DNA of 64,000 nucleotides from Bugula neritina (lineage: Eukaryota; Animalia; Bryozoa): contig OZ037769.1 in assembly GCA_964035545.1 (NCBI GenBank), positions 3,141,729 through 3,205,728 on the forward strand. Direction: 5' to 3'. A program made the translations under genes and the position numbers. Each line of letters begins with the position of its first letter. Position 1 is the stretch's first letter. Under the pieces are notes generated by a model, which was not told the DNA's origin, did no database searches, and saw only the letters and a list, made by a program, of their open reading frames with translations. Below, in pieces: positions 49,596 to 61,495 of the stretch.

Positions 49596-50555
49596 TCACA
49601 AAACATATGGGATAATCATGTATCGCTTTGGGTAGTCTTCAAACTTTTGTTTGTACCATTTATGAGTTATGTGTATCATGAGCAGTTGATTTGTGCAAGT
49701 AAACAGCACAGGTCCCATCCAGAAGGCATAGCTCCTCATCGCCACCAGGCCCATGGCAATGTAGATCAATATTTCACAAACGAAATGTGGTGCGGAGAAA
49801 TATTCGAACAACCCACCGTATGGTATAGTGTGTTTAGTATGTAACACTGTCTTTCCTGTAGCGTCTTTTCTCAGCTGAGCTAAAATGACATGACTCTGGT
49901 GATGATGGTATGAGGCCCACAGAAAGATGGCTACTCCCAAAATTTTATGCCAATTCCCAAGTAAATTCTCTCCTAGAGATAAAAGTGAGACTCGGGTGTG
50001 CTGAGATTGGCAATTCAAAGTGGGGCCATCGGAGATGGCGCACAATTGTACTGTAGAATACAACATAAAACCCAGAAAGTAATGAAGCACGTTCATAGTT
50101 CCCTTTGAATATACGCTGATGGTTTGACACTCATAAATCCTTCTGGCATGTTGTATCAACATCATCATACAAATCATCATGACGGAATATTTATCTATGG
50201 TCGGTTTCTTTGCAGCATTTAAAAAGATATTATTTACAGTTCCCTTGCCTGGCACATCCACACCAAAAACAAAACATCCAACTGTTAGCAAAACCATAAA
50301 AACTGAAACACATATTCCAAAAATGTAGTAGTGCCTGAACCAAGATTTCGGTACTTCTATGAGTTTGACTAAATGGTTTTCAACTTTACCATTTCTGGTT
50401 TTCCCATACTGAAATAGTTCAAGTATCCACCTTGGAGGCGATATCCACTCAAACGTGGTTGGTATACCATAGAGCAACAGAAGGAGGTCACATGTCCAGT
50501 AGAGGTAGAGGATCCATTGAATATTAATAAGCTGAAGGCACACTTCAAAAACCAT
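49596..50555 (-). CDS. SRD5A3: Polyprenol (polyprenal) reductase, steroid 5-alpha-reductase 3 family, 319 aa, single coding exon
   Basis: Motifs FQYGKT, VPKSWFRHYY, HARRIYEC, MNVLHYFLGFMLY, SHVILAQLRK, HTIPYGGLFEYFSAPHFVCEILIY, THKWYKQKFEDYPKR..IIPYVL; multi-pass hydrophobic profile. The first ATG is at 50555; the ORF track starts at a TTG. Confidence 0.95.
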   Translation of the reverse strand: MVFEVCLQLINIQWILYLYWTCDLLLLLYGIPTTFEWISPPRWILELFQYGKTRNGKVENHLVKLIEVPKSWFRHYYIFGICVSVFMVLLTVGCFVFGVDVPGKGTVNNIFLNAAKKPTIDKYSVMMICMMMLIQHARRIYECQTISVYSKGTMNVLHYFLGFMLYSTVQLCAISDGPTLNCQSQHTRVSLLSLGENLLGNWHKILGVAIFLWASYHHHQSHVILAQLRKDATGKTVLHTKHTIPYGGLFEYFSAPHFVCEILIYIAMGLVAMRSYAFWMGPVLFTCTNQLLMIHITHKWYKQKFEDYPKRYMIIPYVL

Positions 50556-50920
50556 TATAATCAATATTTACTCCAGGTATTGTTACACACTTACTTCTAG
50601 CTTTATGATCACTACATATGTAATTGTATAGTGATATAGTCAAAATTAGCAAAGATTAGTCTACGATCACCATATCATTATAATTATTAATAAAACCAAT
50701 ATATAAACTTCGGTGTTTTTGTGGTGCTGCTGTAGATCAAATGTGATGCCCGTTACTTAACTTTGTAGCTGTTAGTGTTACTGTTAGTGTTACAGTTAGT
50801 TTTATAAATGCCGAGTTGTAAGTTTCGTACAGTAATAGTATGCTCCGTATTGTTGCTTAGCTGTAATAGTAGGAATTTATGTCACGCTTCAATGACTACC
50901 CAACCAATAAAACCGGTGTA

Positions 50921-51045
50921 GCACCTTCAACCCTCTTGCAAGTAACTGTAATCGCAAATGCAATATAGATAGCCAATACGAATAATCTGGCATGTGAATA
51001 AAATCGTCGTGCTAAAGGCCAAATTCCGGACACCGCCCCTTTAAA
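50921..51045. promoter_or_regulatory. Candidate bidirectional promoter (CCAAT boxes at about 50925 and 50973, GC box CCGCCCC at about 51033) between SRD5A3 and SLC25A39/40
   Basis: Motifs lie in a locally CpG-richer stretch between divergent genes. Inference only. Confidence 0.35.
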
Positions 51046-52881
51046 CTAACCCGCAATTAAACTACTGCAAATTAATTTAATACAATTTTGCGCTTTCTGA
51101 TAAAATAAAACTACAAGTATTTAATTTTAAATTGCTTTGTTTTTAAAGATAAGTTTACTGTAATTATAACATAACCACTATCTATCACAAAAGTTGAAGA
51201 GTTTACATGATTATTGTCATTCGGCAACAAAACCGATATATGCAACACTATTTAGCCTTTGCTCTTTAAACAATAAGAAAGACAAGGCTTAGAAAATGTG
51301 ACTCGATTGTTACAATAAACCCTCAAGATGATTTTGTTATCATCGGAGCTCTGTGCAAAATCCTTGCATAATCCACAGGCACATGGTGTGTATCAACTAT
51401 CAAGTTTGTAACATAATATTTCATTAATGTTTTAATTTGTGTAGGATTATACCGAATTTTATTAGTATTAATATTAGTATTAGTAAACCTTCAAGTTTGC
51501 CTTAGGCCTAGAAAATTGTTTTTCCAGTCATTTATTCTGTGTATATATTTTAATATCAATGTGTTGGATCCAAGTTTACGTTCTGTTCAATATCATTATC
51601 AATATGAATATGAATATCGATTGTGAAATAAAAACTAAAAGTAAAAGTAAATAGTAAAACTAAATGGCAAACTAAGGATTAAATTTAAAATTAACTCTAT
51701 CTCAATTACTACAACTTGAACCAATGACTAATCCAATAGTCATAGACGAGTATAGTAGTACTAGTAGTAGTAGTATCTGCAATATCTGCAAAGACTAGTG
51801 TCTACCACAACAGCTTCCTTCCCCGAACAATACGGGATTTGAGAATAAATATTCATGAATAATTAAAAAGTCAGTGATATGCTGATTCACTGCCTACCCA
51901 CTGTAACACACTGTTATAAACGAGGCATTTAACTTACACATTTTTGTGATATCTAAATGTTCTATCGACACAGAGTGAGTACAGAGTGAGTACTAGTAGT
52001 AAATAATTTATAACTATAAGTATAAGTATAACATTATGATTAACTATAAGTATAAATATAAGCATAAGGCTAAGCATTGCCATCACTTTTACTCGCCTCG
52101 TTTAACTTTTAAGTAAGAATTAAAATTACAATTATTTTATTAAAAATTAAATTTAACATAGCCACTTAATTATATAATTATCATTTTCAAACTCATTTTC
52201 AATGCCTCCAGCATCAACATGAAGTTGAACATGATCATCATCATGAAAAATAAATTTAAAATTAATGATTTTAGTTTTCGATATTTCTGCTGATACTTGG
52301 CACTTACAGTTACTGTTAGCTTCCGTGTTATGTTTATGCTATGAGTATGAGTTTAAGTATTGTATTTGTAACAGTAATAACTGATTTGGATTTTCAATTT
52401 TAAAACTTTTTTAATTTTTACAATGAATGACAATTGCATTGTCACTAGCGATTTTTATTTGTAGTTATTTTAACTTTTAGATGCTACTTTTTCTAAACTT
52501 GATATTTTCACTATAAGCAGAATTTATGTTGAAGTAAATTTCTAGTTTTTCATTATGCTTATGGTTGTTGCTACATCTAATTTTAACCTATATGTTACAC
52601 AATTACGCTTTTGTAGGTTGTGATATATGCATGGTAGACAATAAAGTGATATGTTGTATCTGCAGAGTTGTTGATGGATTGACTTGGTTACTCATTGGGT
52701 TTGGTTAGTAGCAGACAGTAGATCCAGTGACAGGGAGTAGTGACACTGTGACAGACATTCAGCTGTGGGATTTAAAGTTGCGATTTCCTGTTACTGGAGT
52801 ACTAAGTACAAATGACTGTGTTACTAGCTCGCCACACTGAGTTATACTGACACTTCTGTTGCTATTCTGGTCTTTCTGACA

Positions 52882-55800
52882 ATGAGTGAAGTTCTGCAGC
52901 AGATAATAGCGTCCTGCTCCGGTGCTCTAGTCACTTCTCTATTCAGTAAGTTCTATTAGGGAACAGGTTTCGACAATTTTTTATATTTTGGAGTTGTCTT
53001 CATTTAGAAACATGAAGCTACATAAACATGTCATGAGTTATTGATTGTCAAGCTTTGTCAAAAACATTATTGCAATATTTATCTTTGAAAAAATAACCCT
53101 ATTTACTATTTCAAAAGCACTGTTGGTGAAAGTTGTTTTTCCATACCTGCTTTTACTTCAAACTAATTGCTACTGAATTCAAAAACACATTGTTTTTAAT
53201 AATGCAATTATGTTGTATCAATATATATTATCAATACGTTATTACTGTGTACTTGATGGAAAATTTTATATTCCGGTTTAATTAAAATCCAATCAATGCA
53301 GATTGTGGGACATGTTGGTGTGTTTTAGCAAGTTTTCTAGTTTAGTATTGGAAAGCTCAGGCTACGATGAGTCATCCACTTTCATTCGCTTCATTTTAGT
53401 GACTCCATTAGATGTGGTGAAAATACGATTGCAGGCTCAAACCAAAGGTTTTGCCAAAGGAGAATGTTTTATTTACTGCAACGGTTTAATGGATCATGTG
53501 TGTACGTGCCTCAACGGGGACCCGGCTACCGCAGGTTCTCAGGCTAAACTGTGGAAGCGCGTCCCTCACCAACAGTTCACTGGCATGATGGTATTTTTGC
53601 TAATGTTTCTCATAGCTTTGTAGTGTGTGAACATATTATGCAGGAAACGCAATGGTCTAGAGGTTAGAACACTAGCCTAGTATCACATTTGCAGACCCCA
53701 ATAAGAAAACCATTTGTTCACTCTTGTGCTACTTTGAAAGGTATCAAACTGTCCTGCCAACATGTTGAGATGTGTAATCCTTAGTCACATACTTCCTACA
53801 ATTTTACAAATATAGAAACTTTAAACAAACCTGAAAGTAAATGTGTTAACCATGCTGTGGTTACTGGTACCGACCATTCCCATGGTTTATTTTGTATATT
53901 TCAATCTCTTTCTCTCTATATGCTTGTTATGCATATTTTTGAAAACATTTTTCCTCTTCACGTATTTCTTGTATGTCTATGTTGGGATGTTTATAACAAC
54001 GTATTTCACAGCTTCTAAAGTTGTATGTGACTTTTGCATGGTGGCTTTTAGGATGCATTTATAAAAATACCGAAAGTGGAAGGGGTGCGGACACTGTGGA
54101 GTGGACTCAACCCCACTTTGTAAGTCTACAATGTTTAAACATTCTGTTTGATTTTTGCAAATATTTTTTACATATTTCCTGTATCAAGACAACCCTCTCT
54201 ATAAGAACAAAATTGCATTTTTTATCTAGTAGTTGGCAATAACCCTTCTTCTTTACGTAAGTAAACTGGAGACTAACTGACCAATTCTGATACTCACAAT
54301 CACAATTCTGTTTTATTTCTAATCAACTTTCTTTTGGATTCCAAGATTAGTCATCGCGTTTTTTAAAATAATGATGCGAGAAAACAATATGATGGTTGGG
54401 TAGCACCGTTGTGTTGAAGGACTTTTTAGACTTATGCAGTAGTACTTCCACTACTCCACTTGCTTTTAATTTTTCAAGTAAGCTCTTGAAGGACACATTG
54501 CATTATATGTGTCTGCAACTCTGTTGTAGGGTTATGGCTGTGCCCAACACTGTAGTTTATTTCACCTCATATGATCAAGTGAAAAGGAGACTGGGTTTTG
54601 TCAATGGTGAGCAGAACTCTAAGTTGATCCCATTTATATCTGGAGCCACCGCCAGAGGTGAGAGATTTAGATCTAGTTGTGTTAATAAGTGTTGCCTATT
54701 ATATACAGACTAATTCGCACAACTCACTAGCTGTGAGTTGGGTGTACTTATCACTGTGTTAATAGGTATTGCGTATATACACTGTTGCTAGTACACACAA
54801 TTCACCATTGGTTATATCTTGCATGTAATAAGCTATTCTTTACTAATTTTTTAAAGAAATAATACACAAATTGTACTTCATAACAATCCCCAAGACTAAC
54901 TATAGCCATTTACTTCTTGTCTAAAAGCTAATATAGCTAGTAGTGAGCACAACTCCAGTGATTTCAAGTTTCCATTACTAATAAGTGATTGTATTGCTAT
55001 GCCTTCTGTAGCTGTAGCAATAACTGTGATATCACCCTTGGAGCTTATCAGGACCAAAATACAATCTGAGCAGATGACCTATCAGTAAGATATATAATCT
55101 AATAATATCTGCCTTTGGAATTGTTTTCTCTTGCCAGACTACAAGCCTTTTATAATATGTGTGTGTATAAATGTGATAATAAAATAACTTGTAAATATAT
55201 TTTGTTAAAATATTCATCAATAGGCAAACAAAAGAAGCAATTAAATATTCACTCAGGACAAGTGGCGTAGCGTCCTTGTGGAGGGGCTGGGGTCCTCTAA
55301 TGTGGAGAGATGTACCCTTTTCAGGTGAGATGCTGTTGTGTGGTTTTACTATTCAGTGTTGTAGAATGTCACTGATCTTATTATGGCATCATCAACTCTG
55401 TGTTCCACTTCTTGTTATTGTTTCATTGTAACATCATCACTGCATTTTTGAAAATTTAATAAATACAATTAGGAATAGGAAATACTAGCTTTAAAAACTA
55501 TGACAGTAACTCATTAAAAATGTTTTATAGGTTTTTCAGTTATTGTAATTGTAAATAAGTCCTTTATCATTGCTTTCTGGAAAGCTGTCAAAATATTTTT
55601 ACTGTTCTTCCAGCATTTGATATGCTTATTAGTATAAAATGTTTGGGAATTTTCTTTTCAATTCAGCATGTTTTCTATGAGCAAGCAACTCCGAATAGCA
55701 TGCTTTTTCTCTATTAAATTATAATTCGCAACAGACTGCTTTAGTTTGTGTTTTGTTCTATACTGACATACTTTTCTTTTCTAACTCGGTGCAGAGCTTA

Positions 55801-57736
55801 ACATTTCTGCTGATATACTTACTAATGTTTCTCAATAAACTCACAAGACTATTAGACAACATGCTGAACCTTTGCCTCTCTGTGATCATAATGAATACAA
55901 AGGGTGCTGTTGTATTTTGTCAGCTGTTTACTTCACTCTGTACGAGTCAATGAAGGGATACTCCATGTCCTATCACAACGTAGATAACATACCCACATGG
56001 GAGAGCTTCCTGTATGGGGGAATTGGGGGATCTGTAAGTCACTTACAATGTTACAGTATCACTACCAAGTTGTATTATTTAGTCACCAAATTTAACTCTT
56101 CGTTATTCAGTGTGAGTACTTAGTGTAACTCATCAGTATTAGTATTTAATGTAACTCTTAATATTTAGTCTGTTCAACCATCAGTCGCATAACATCACAA
56201 TCTTGGTTGATCGGAATGAATTGTCCGGGACATAATTAGGTGATCAACCTTTTTTAGAACAATATATTTTATTTGTCGAATGATAAATACAAATAACTGA
56301 TTTAGTAGCAAGTTTCAATGGCATCTTGTACAATACACTAACAAAGAGCTAGATAGAGCCCGCTGTGCATGGTTAGAGCTTTAAGTATACTGTTTTGTAG
56401 ATATGCGCAGCTCTAACACTTCCTTTTGATGTTGTAAAGACGCACAGACAGATTGAACTGGGCACACACGCAGTTGCAAGTATGTATAATGATAGTATAG
56501 CATAGTATCTCTTGCTCTTTCTCCCCCCCCCCCCCCATGATACTAGACTGGAGCGGTTTGTTATATGTGTTGATATAGTATGCTCAATCTCCACTTGGTT
56601 TAAACTGTTGCAAATCTATGTTATATATTTTCTTTTAATTTTTATTTTGATAGAAGATAATTAACATGGTTTAAACTTGTTTAACTTAGTTACAGCTGTA
56701 CTGTAAAGGCATTTATTTTGGTTAAACACTGTAGCATCCAGCGTGCGCATTCACTGGTACATAGAGAATAAAATTCTGTTTTCATGTTTTTGAAATAATT
56801 TAGTATTTTCTGTTATTTTTCTCTCAGGTCCAAGTAGAAATCAAACAACATTTGCAATGATATCTAAACTGTACAGAACACAGGGTCTAGCCTCTCTTTT
56901 CACAGGTTAGTTCTACTTGCACTATATACTGTGAATGTAATTCTTACAGGTATATATATAATGTAGTTTGAATTATGTTTTGATAGTAGAGCAGGGAGCA
57001 GCCTTGGTCTAGGGGTTAGAGCGTTTGCCTAGTAAACACAAGGTCATGGGTTTGAACCAAGACAAAGGCCATTGGTGATGTTAGGAGGAGCATTCAGTCA
57101 TAATTGCTCCTGTGCCTCATTTAAATAAGTCCTTAGCCCGCTTTAACAAAAACCCTTTCTATCAGGGGTTTCTCACAGGGATAGTGACTATAAACTTGCG
57201 TGCGTGAGTAGACACAAACCATTTCATTATTCAGGTGTGGGTATTTGCAGTAGCCCGATTTCTCTCCATAAAGCCAGTCTATTTCACAAGTTGACAAAGC
57301 TGTTGAATTAGTTTGAAGAGTGTTCCAGTTATCAATATGCTTTCATATCAGTTGGCATGCAGACCTAACCTGCTGTGTTATATCTGTTATATTCCGTCTA
57401 AAGTTAAGGGAGGACAGACAGAAAAATATTGTTTACAAGGCTCTATGGCACCATAGCGCTGCAGTTAGTCAAGTTGAACATGATTGGTTGACAGTCAATT
57501 TTGTTCCACAGACAATAGCAGTGTTCTGTCAAATACGTAGCTGTGATTTTACTGTCTCTAGAAAGCTGTGGAAATGTGTGTTTTTCAACTCACCTGTAGG
57601 GTTTTTGCTTGCAGGGTTAGGACCAAGACTATTAAAGGTAGCCCCAGCATGCGCCATCATGATCAGCTCCTATGAATACTGTAAGAGACTCTTCTCGGAA
57701 TATAATTTAGAAAAATCTTTGGATGAAAAGACTTGA
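52882..57736 (+). CDS. SLC25A40: Mitochondrial carrier SLC25A39/40 family (glutathione transporter; yeast Mtm1 family), 337 aa. Exons 52882-52945, 53400-53590, 54052-54119, 54530-54657, 55012-55084, 55224-55324, 55924-56033, 56401-56479, 56828-56905, 57615-57736
   Basis: Three carrier signatures ([30 protein letters not shown]). Family-specific [15 protein letters not shown] loop, RDVPFSA and [14 protein letters not shown]. The spliced ORF is intact. Confidence 0.96.
53642..53688 (+). mobile_element. Decayed SINE head fragment, same family as 29996-30193 and 56993-57197
   Basis: AGGAAACGCAATGGTCTAGAGGTTAGAACACTAGCCTAGTA matches the SINE 5' end. Confidence 0.5.
56993..57197 (+). mobile_element. 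tRNA-derived SINE in the last intron of SLC25A39/40
   Basis: TGGTCTAGGGGTTAGAGC...GGGTTTGAACC head. Shares AAAGGCCATTGGTGATGTT and ATCAGGGGTT(T)CTCACAGGGAT with the copy at 29996-30193. Confidence 0.85.
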
Positions 57737-58916
57737 ATTTAAGTATTTGAACTAGAATAAGTTCTATTTCTCATCCTGTGATTTTATGCTCTTCAGTTGG
57801 AATAATTATAAGAAGTACCATTACCATAAAATAATGATCAGGGCTTGGCAACTCTACCATCTAATAAATAAGTTTTAATCATAAGTTATTGAATGTTGAT
57901 TCTTAGTGATCTAAAAAGCATTCAGTAACCTTTTACTATGTCTGTATTTTACTGTTAGACTGGCCTAAAAATATTGACCAGGTGTTTTTATGTTAAATGA
58001 TTCTCTACTTTATATTTCACTATTATGTGAGCTTCCTAATAATAAGTGTCCTCTAAGGTGTTGCTATCTACATTTAATATAGCAATACCTTAGCAATAGA
58101 AATTATCTCCATGATGGTTTATGCCGATAACAACATTAGGCAATTAGAAACAGCTACAATTTCACTGTGTTCTAATATTAGATTACTGGTCATGTTTTTA
58201 TCAAACAATCACTTTTTTGACTGGAAACTAAAAAGTGGCAGAAAATGTGCTAATTTTGTTATAATAGTTATTTTCGCTGTTACTACAGATGTTGCATTTT
58301 ACAGATGATGAAATTGTTTATATTTTTAATAAAAATTCAATAAAAGCCGCTCAATTTTTTCAGACAAATGAACAGCTTTTACATTTTTTTAATTTCAGAA
58401 GTTTTATTGAATGTAAACATAAATAAAAATTATAACTTATAAATATTTCTAAAAATCTCACACTTGTATAAGTTTTGAACAAGGATTGATTTTGCGTTAG
58501 ACAGTAAAAATTATAGTTAGAAAAAAAATAGAAAATTATAAATAGCAACTTTGGTCATACATGATATAATGTTAAAACTATAAAAATTGGTTTAATATGC
58601 AACTTGGAAAGTAGCTAATAAAAGGTTTTCGAAATCAGCATGGTGAAAAGCAAGTTTGCAAAATTAGTACCCTACACATAGTACAGTATCAGTGTAAGGG
58701 TTGAATAAAATAAACATTATTTTCACACAAATGGCAGAAAAAATAAATAATGATAAGTTTGAGAAAGGATGTCGTAGGGAAACATTTTCCAATAACTGGT
58801 TTGAGAAGTGTAAAAATATTTCAATGAATTACTAATGATGAGTGCATAGTTCTATTGAGATCTCAGCCTTAGTGGTGAGTTGAATATTACTAATATATAG
58901 TTCTATTGAGATCAGC

Positions 58917-60022
58917 CTAGTTGCAGTCTGCCCAACATTCTCCGTATGTTAAACTAAACAGAGTGCCTGGTTCTACTGAGGCTCGTGGGGGTTCATCACC
59001 TGTACAGTCATGAGTTGGTGGTTTAACCAGGTTATATTCCACAGTATTACCAATGACATGGCGTGCATTGAGTAGGTAGCGATGATAGGGTGAGTCTTGA
59101 TCCATGAACATTAGCTGAACATGAAGAGGGGGGGCTTGATCTGCCTCCCCGCAGAAAGGTAATCTTCTGATCATAAAATATGCAGCCTCTGATTCATCCA
59201 CCACCTACAGAATAGCAAATATAACAGAATAGCAAATATCTTTGTAATGTAAATTGAATATCTTTACCTAGACCACTGTTATAGTCTGGCACAGATAGCC
59301 GTAAATTTCACATTACTATTCATAATTTTACTAAATAAGTTCACTAAGCTTACTAAGAATTGCATTGGACACTCAAATCTAAGCGAAGACCTGTTAATCA
59401 TCTACCCTCAGAAGGACTTTATTATGAAAGGATTTTATTAATTTTTTCAGTTTAAATTCTAAAATGAGAATATAAAATACCATGAATCTTACCTTAATGG
59501 ATAGTTTACCATTCTCTATCACCAGCCTCTCCACATCTCCTTGGGGTACTCTGTGCTCACACCTGTTTTTACCTGCAGCTTGTTTTCCAGCAAATCGTCT
59601 CCCCCTCTCAGTGATGAATGTTACGTAGGAACGTGCTTTAGCACTGTCAGCAGCCTTGGCCACCCAAAGTCTGTCTAAATATGTAATGTGTACTATTGTA
59701 GAATATATATATAATATGTACTATTGTAGAATATATATATATGATTTGTACTACTAATGCTCTCACTTTACGCTCAGCAATGACATTCAGTGATTGAACA
59801 CTCTAACCATGGTCACAAACTCAAGCTGCTAGCATTTTGCAAGACTAGTGACTCCTAGTTGACCCCTAGAGTCACTTGAGCACTCTGGCTTGAGTTTACA
59901 TAGCATTTAAATATGCTTTAGTAGAATCATAAGTTTCTACCATTGCTAAGGTGTTGACCATGGTTTACTGTTCTGTGCTGATGAGGGGACAAATTCCGAA
60001 ACAGCTGCTGTACACAGATTGA

Positions 60023-60099
<77 letters not shown>

Positions 60100-61495
60100 T
60101 ATTGTAGAATAGATATATTGAGAAAAGTAGAGTCTTCCAAGAAATATTTTTGTAATGTTAACTATGTTAATATTTTCATGCACTGTTTCTAGTAAGCGTG
60201 TACATGGATAGGGGGTTAAAACATGAACTACATCACAGTAATTAGTTCATAAAAGCAATTTTGTTAATTATTCACAAAATAGAAAGAATTCACACTGTTA
60301 GCATGCTTTTGTTATTTTAATCAAAATGGGTTAAATATGCAGGAAATTTAACAATAAATATAAGCTTAAAGCTATGAATATACTTGCTATTCAATTTTGT
60401 GCTTTCTCTGTAAATTTAAATACTCGTTTGAAATACAGGTATGCTATAGAGTATAATGGTTTTTTTTCACAGTAATATTTTATTTGGAAAGTCATTTATA
60501 TACTATATTGTTTAATTTCTATTATGCTAATAAACTAAAATTAATTTTATTAACAGTGCTAATGCTTTAATGTTTTCTAGTATTTAAACAAGTGCTTTGA
60601 AAAGTACTACAAACTCACTATTAGGGTGATTTCCACGCTTTCCATTGACAACTTTCCCATTTTTGGCACCCAAATATGCATTCACAGTCCCATAACTAAA
60701 CATCCTCACTGTGCAATCCACTTCCGGCTGCAACAGTTAAAAACATGTTTTATATAGATACACTCATACACACATAGATGGAAAATAATCTGGTAAAATA
60801 TAGTAGCATTGGTAGTTACTTTACTCTAGCAGATAAATGTTTTTCTGTTGTCGATTGGATATTTTACCTGCAAAGTCTAAAGTGTTTGGTGTTTAAGATA
60901 TGTGTGGGTATTTAAGTAAAAACCAACCTTTTGAATGTTTTGTTGTTGGAATTCCTTCATGATGTCCGAAGGTCTCTCTCCTGGGATCTCATCTCTCAAG
61001 CCAGTCAGTGCTGCACTTGTTACAGTCATTGTCAGCATCTGTACAATATGTATAGTTTTATTGTAGAATGAAATAACATAATTATATATATGCAGCATTA
61101 TAATATAATCTGTAAAATAAGGAAATACATGATCTTCTCACATTAATTTATTTATTAAATATTTTGAACAACTTTTTAGATTTAACATTGATAACTTTCA
61201 TAATTTCTCAGAATAATATTGATTTGTTTTGTGCACAATAGTTATTTAAGTGCGCAGAATAATTATTAAAAAAGAAAAAAATAATTTGCCTCTATATAAA
61301 CTGTATATATAAAATTGTCTTCATTAAAATGTTAAGTGGTTTTAAAATTTATGTGTATGTAGTTTACCTGTATGCAAGTTATAATATAACACTTATATAC
61401 TATGTTTACATGTGGGTTATTCATGATATTATTTATTAGCTACTATATATAACACTTACCAAAGCCACTCCAACAATAAACACTAATGATGTCAT
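58917..61495 (-). CDS. Uncharacterised secreted protein, 241 aa, putative beta-trefoil (IL-1/FGF-like). Exons 61460-61495, 60928-61038, 60619-60727, 59493-59674, 58917-59204
   Basis: Five exons with canonical splice sites and phases 0,0,1,0 splice into a 726-nt stop-free ORF. N-terminal hydrophobic leader MTSLVFIVGVALMLTMTVTSA; six cysteines. The gene model is well supported; the fold assignment is inference. Confidence 0.8.
60026..60097. repeat. (AT)n microsatellite
   Basis: Pure run of about 35 units. Confidence 0.95.

Noticed and set aside
60826-60867. Possible extra exon of the secreted gene after TTTGCAG
   Set aside because: In-frame TAG in the required phase; skipping it gives an intact ORF.
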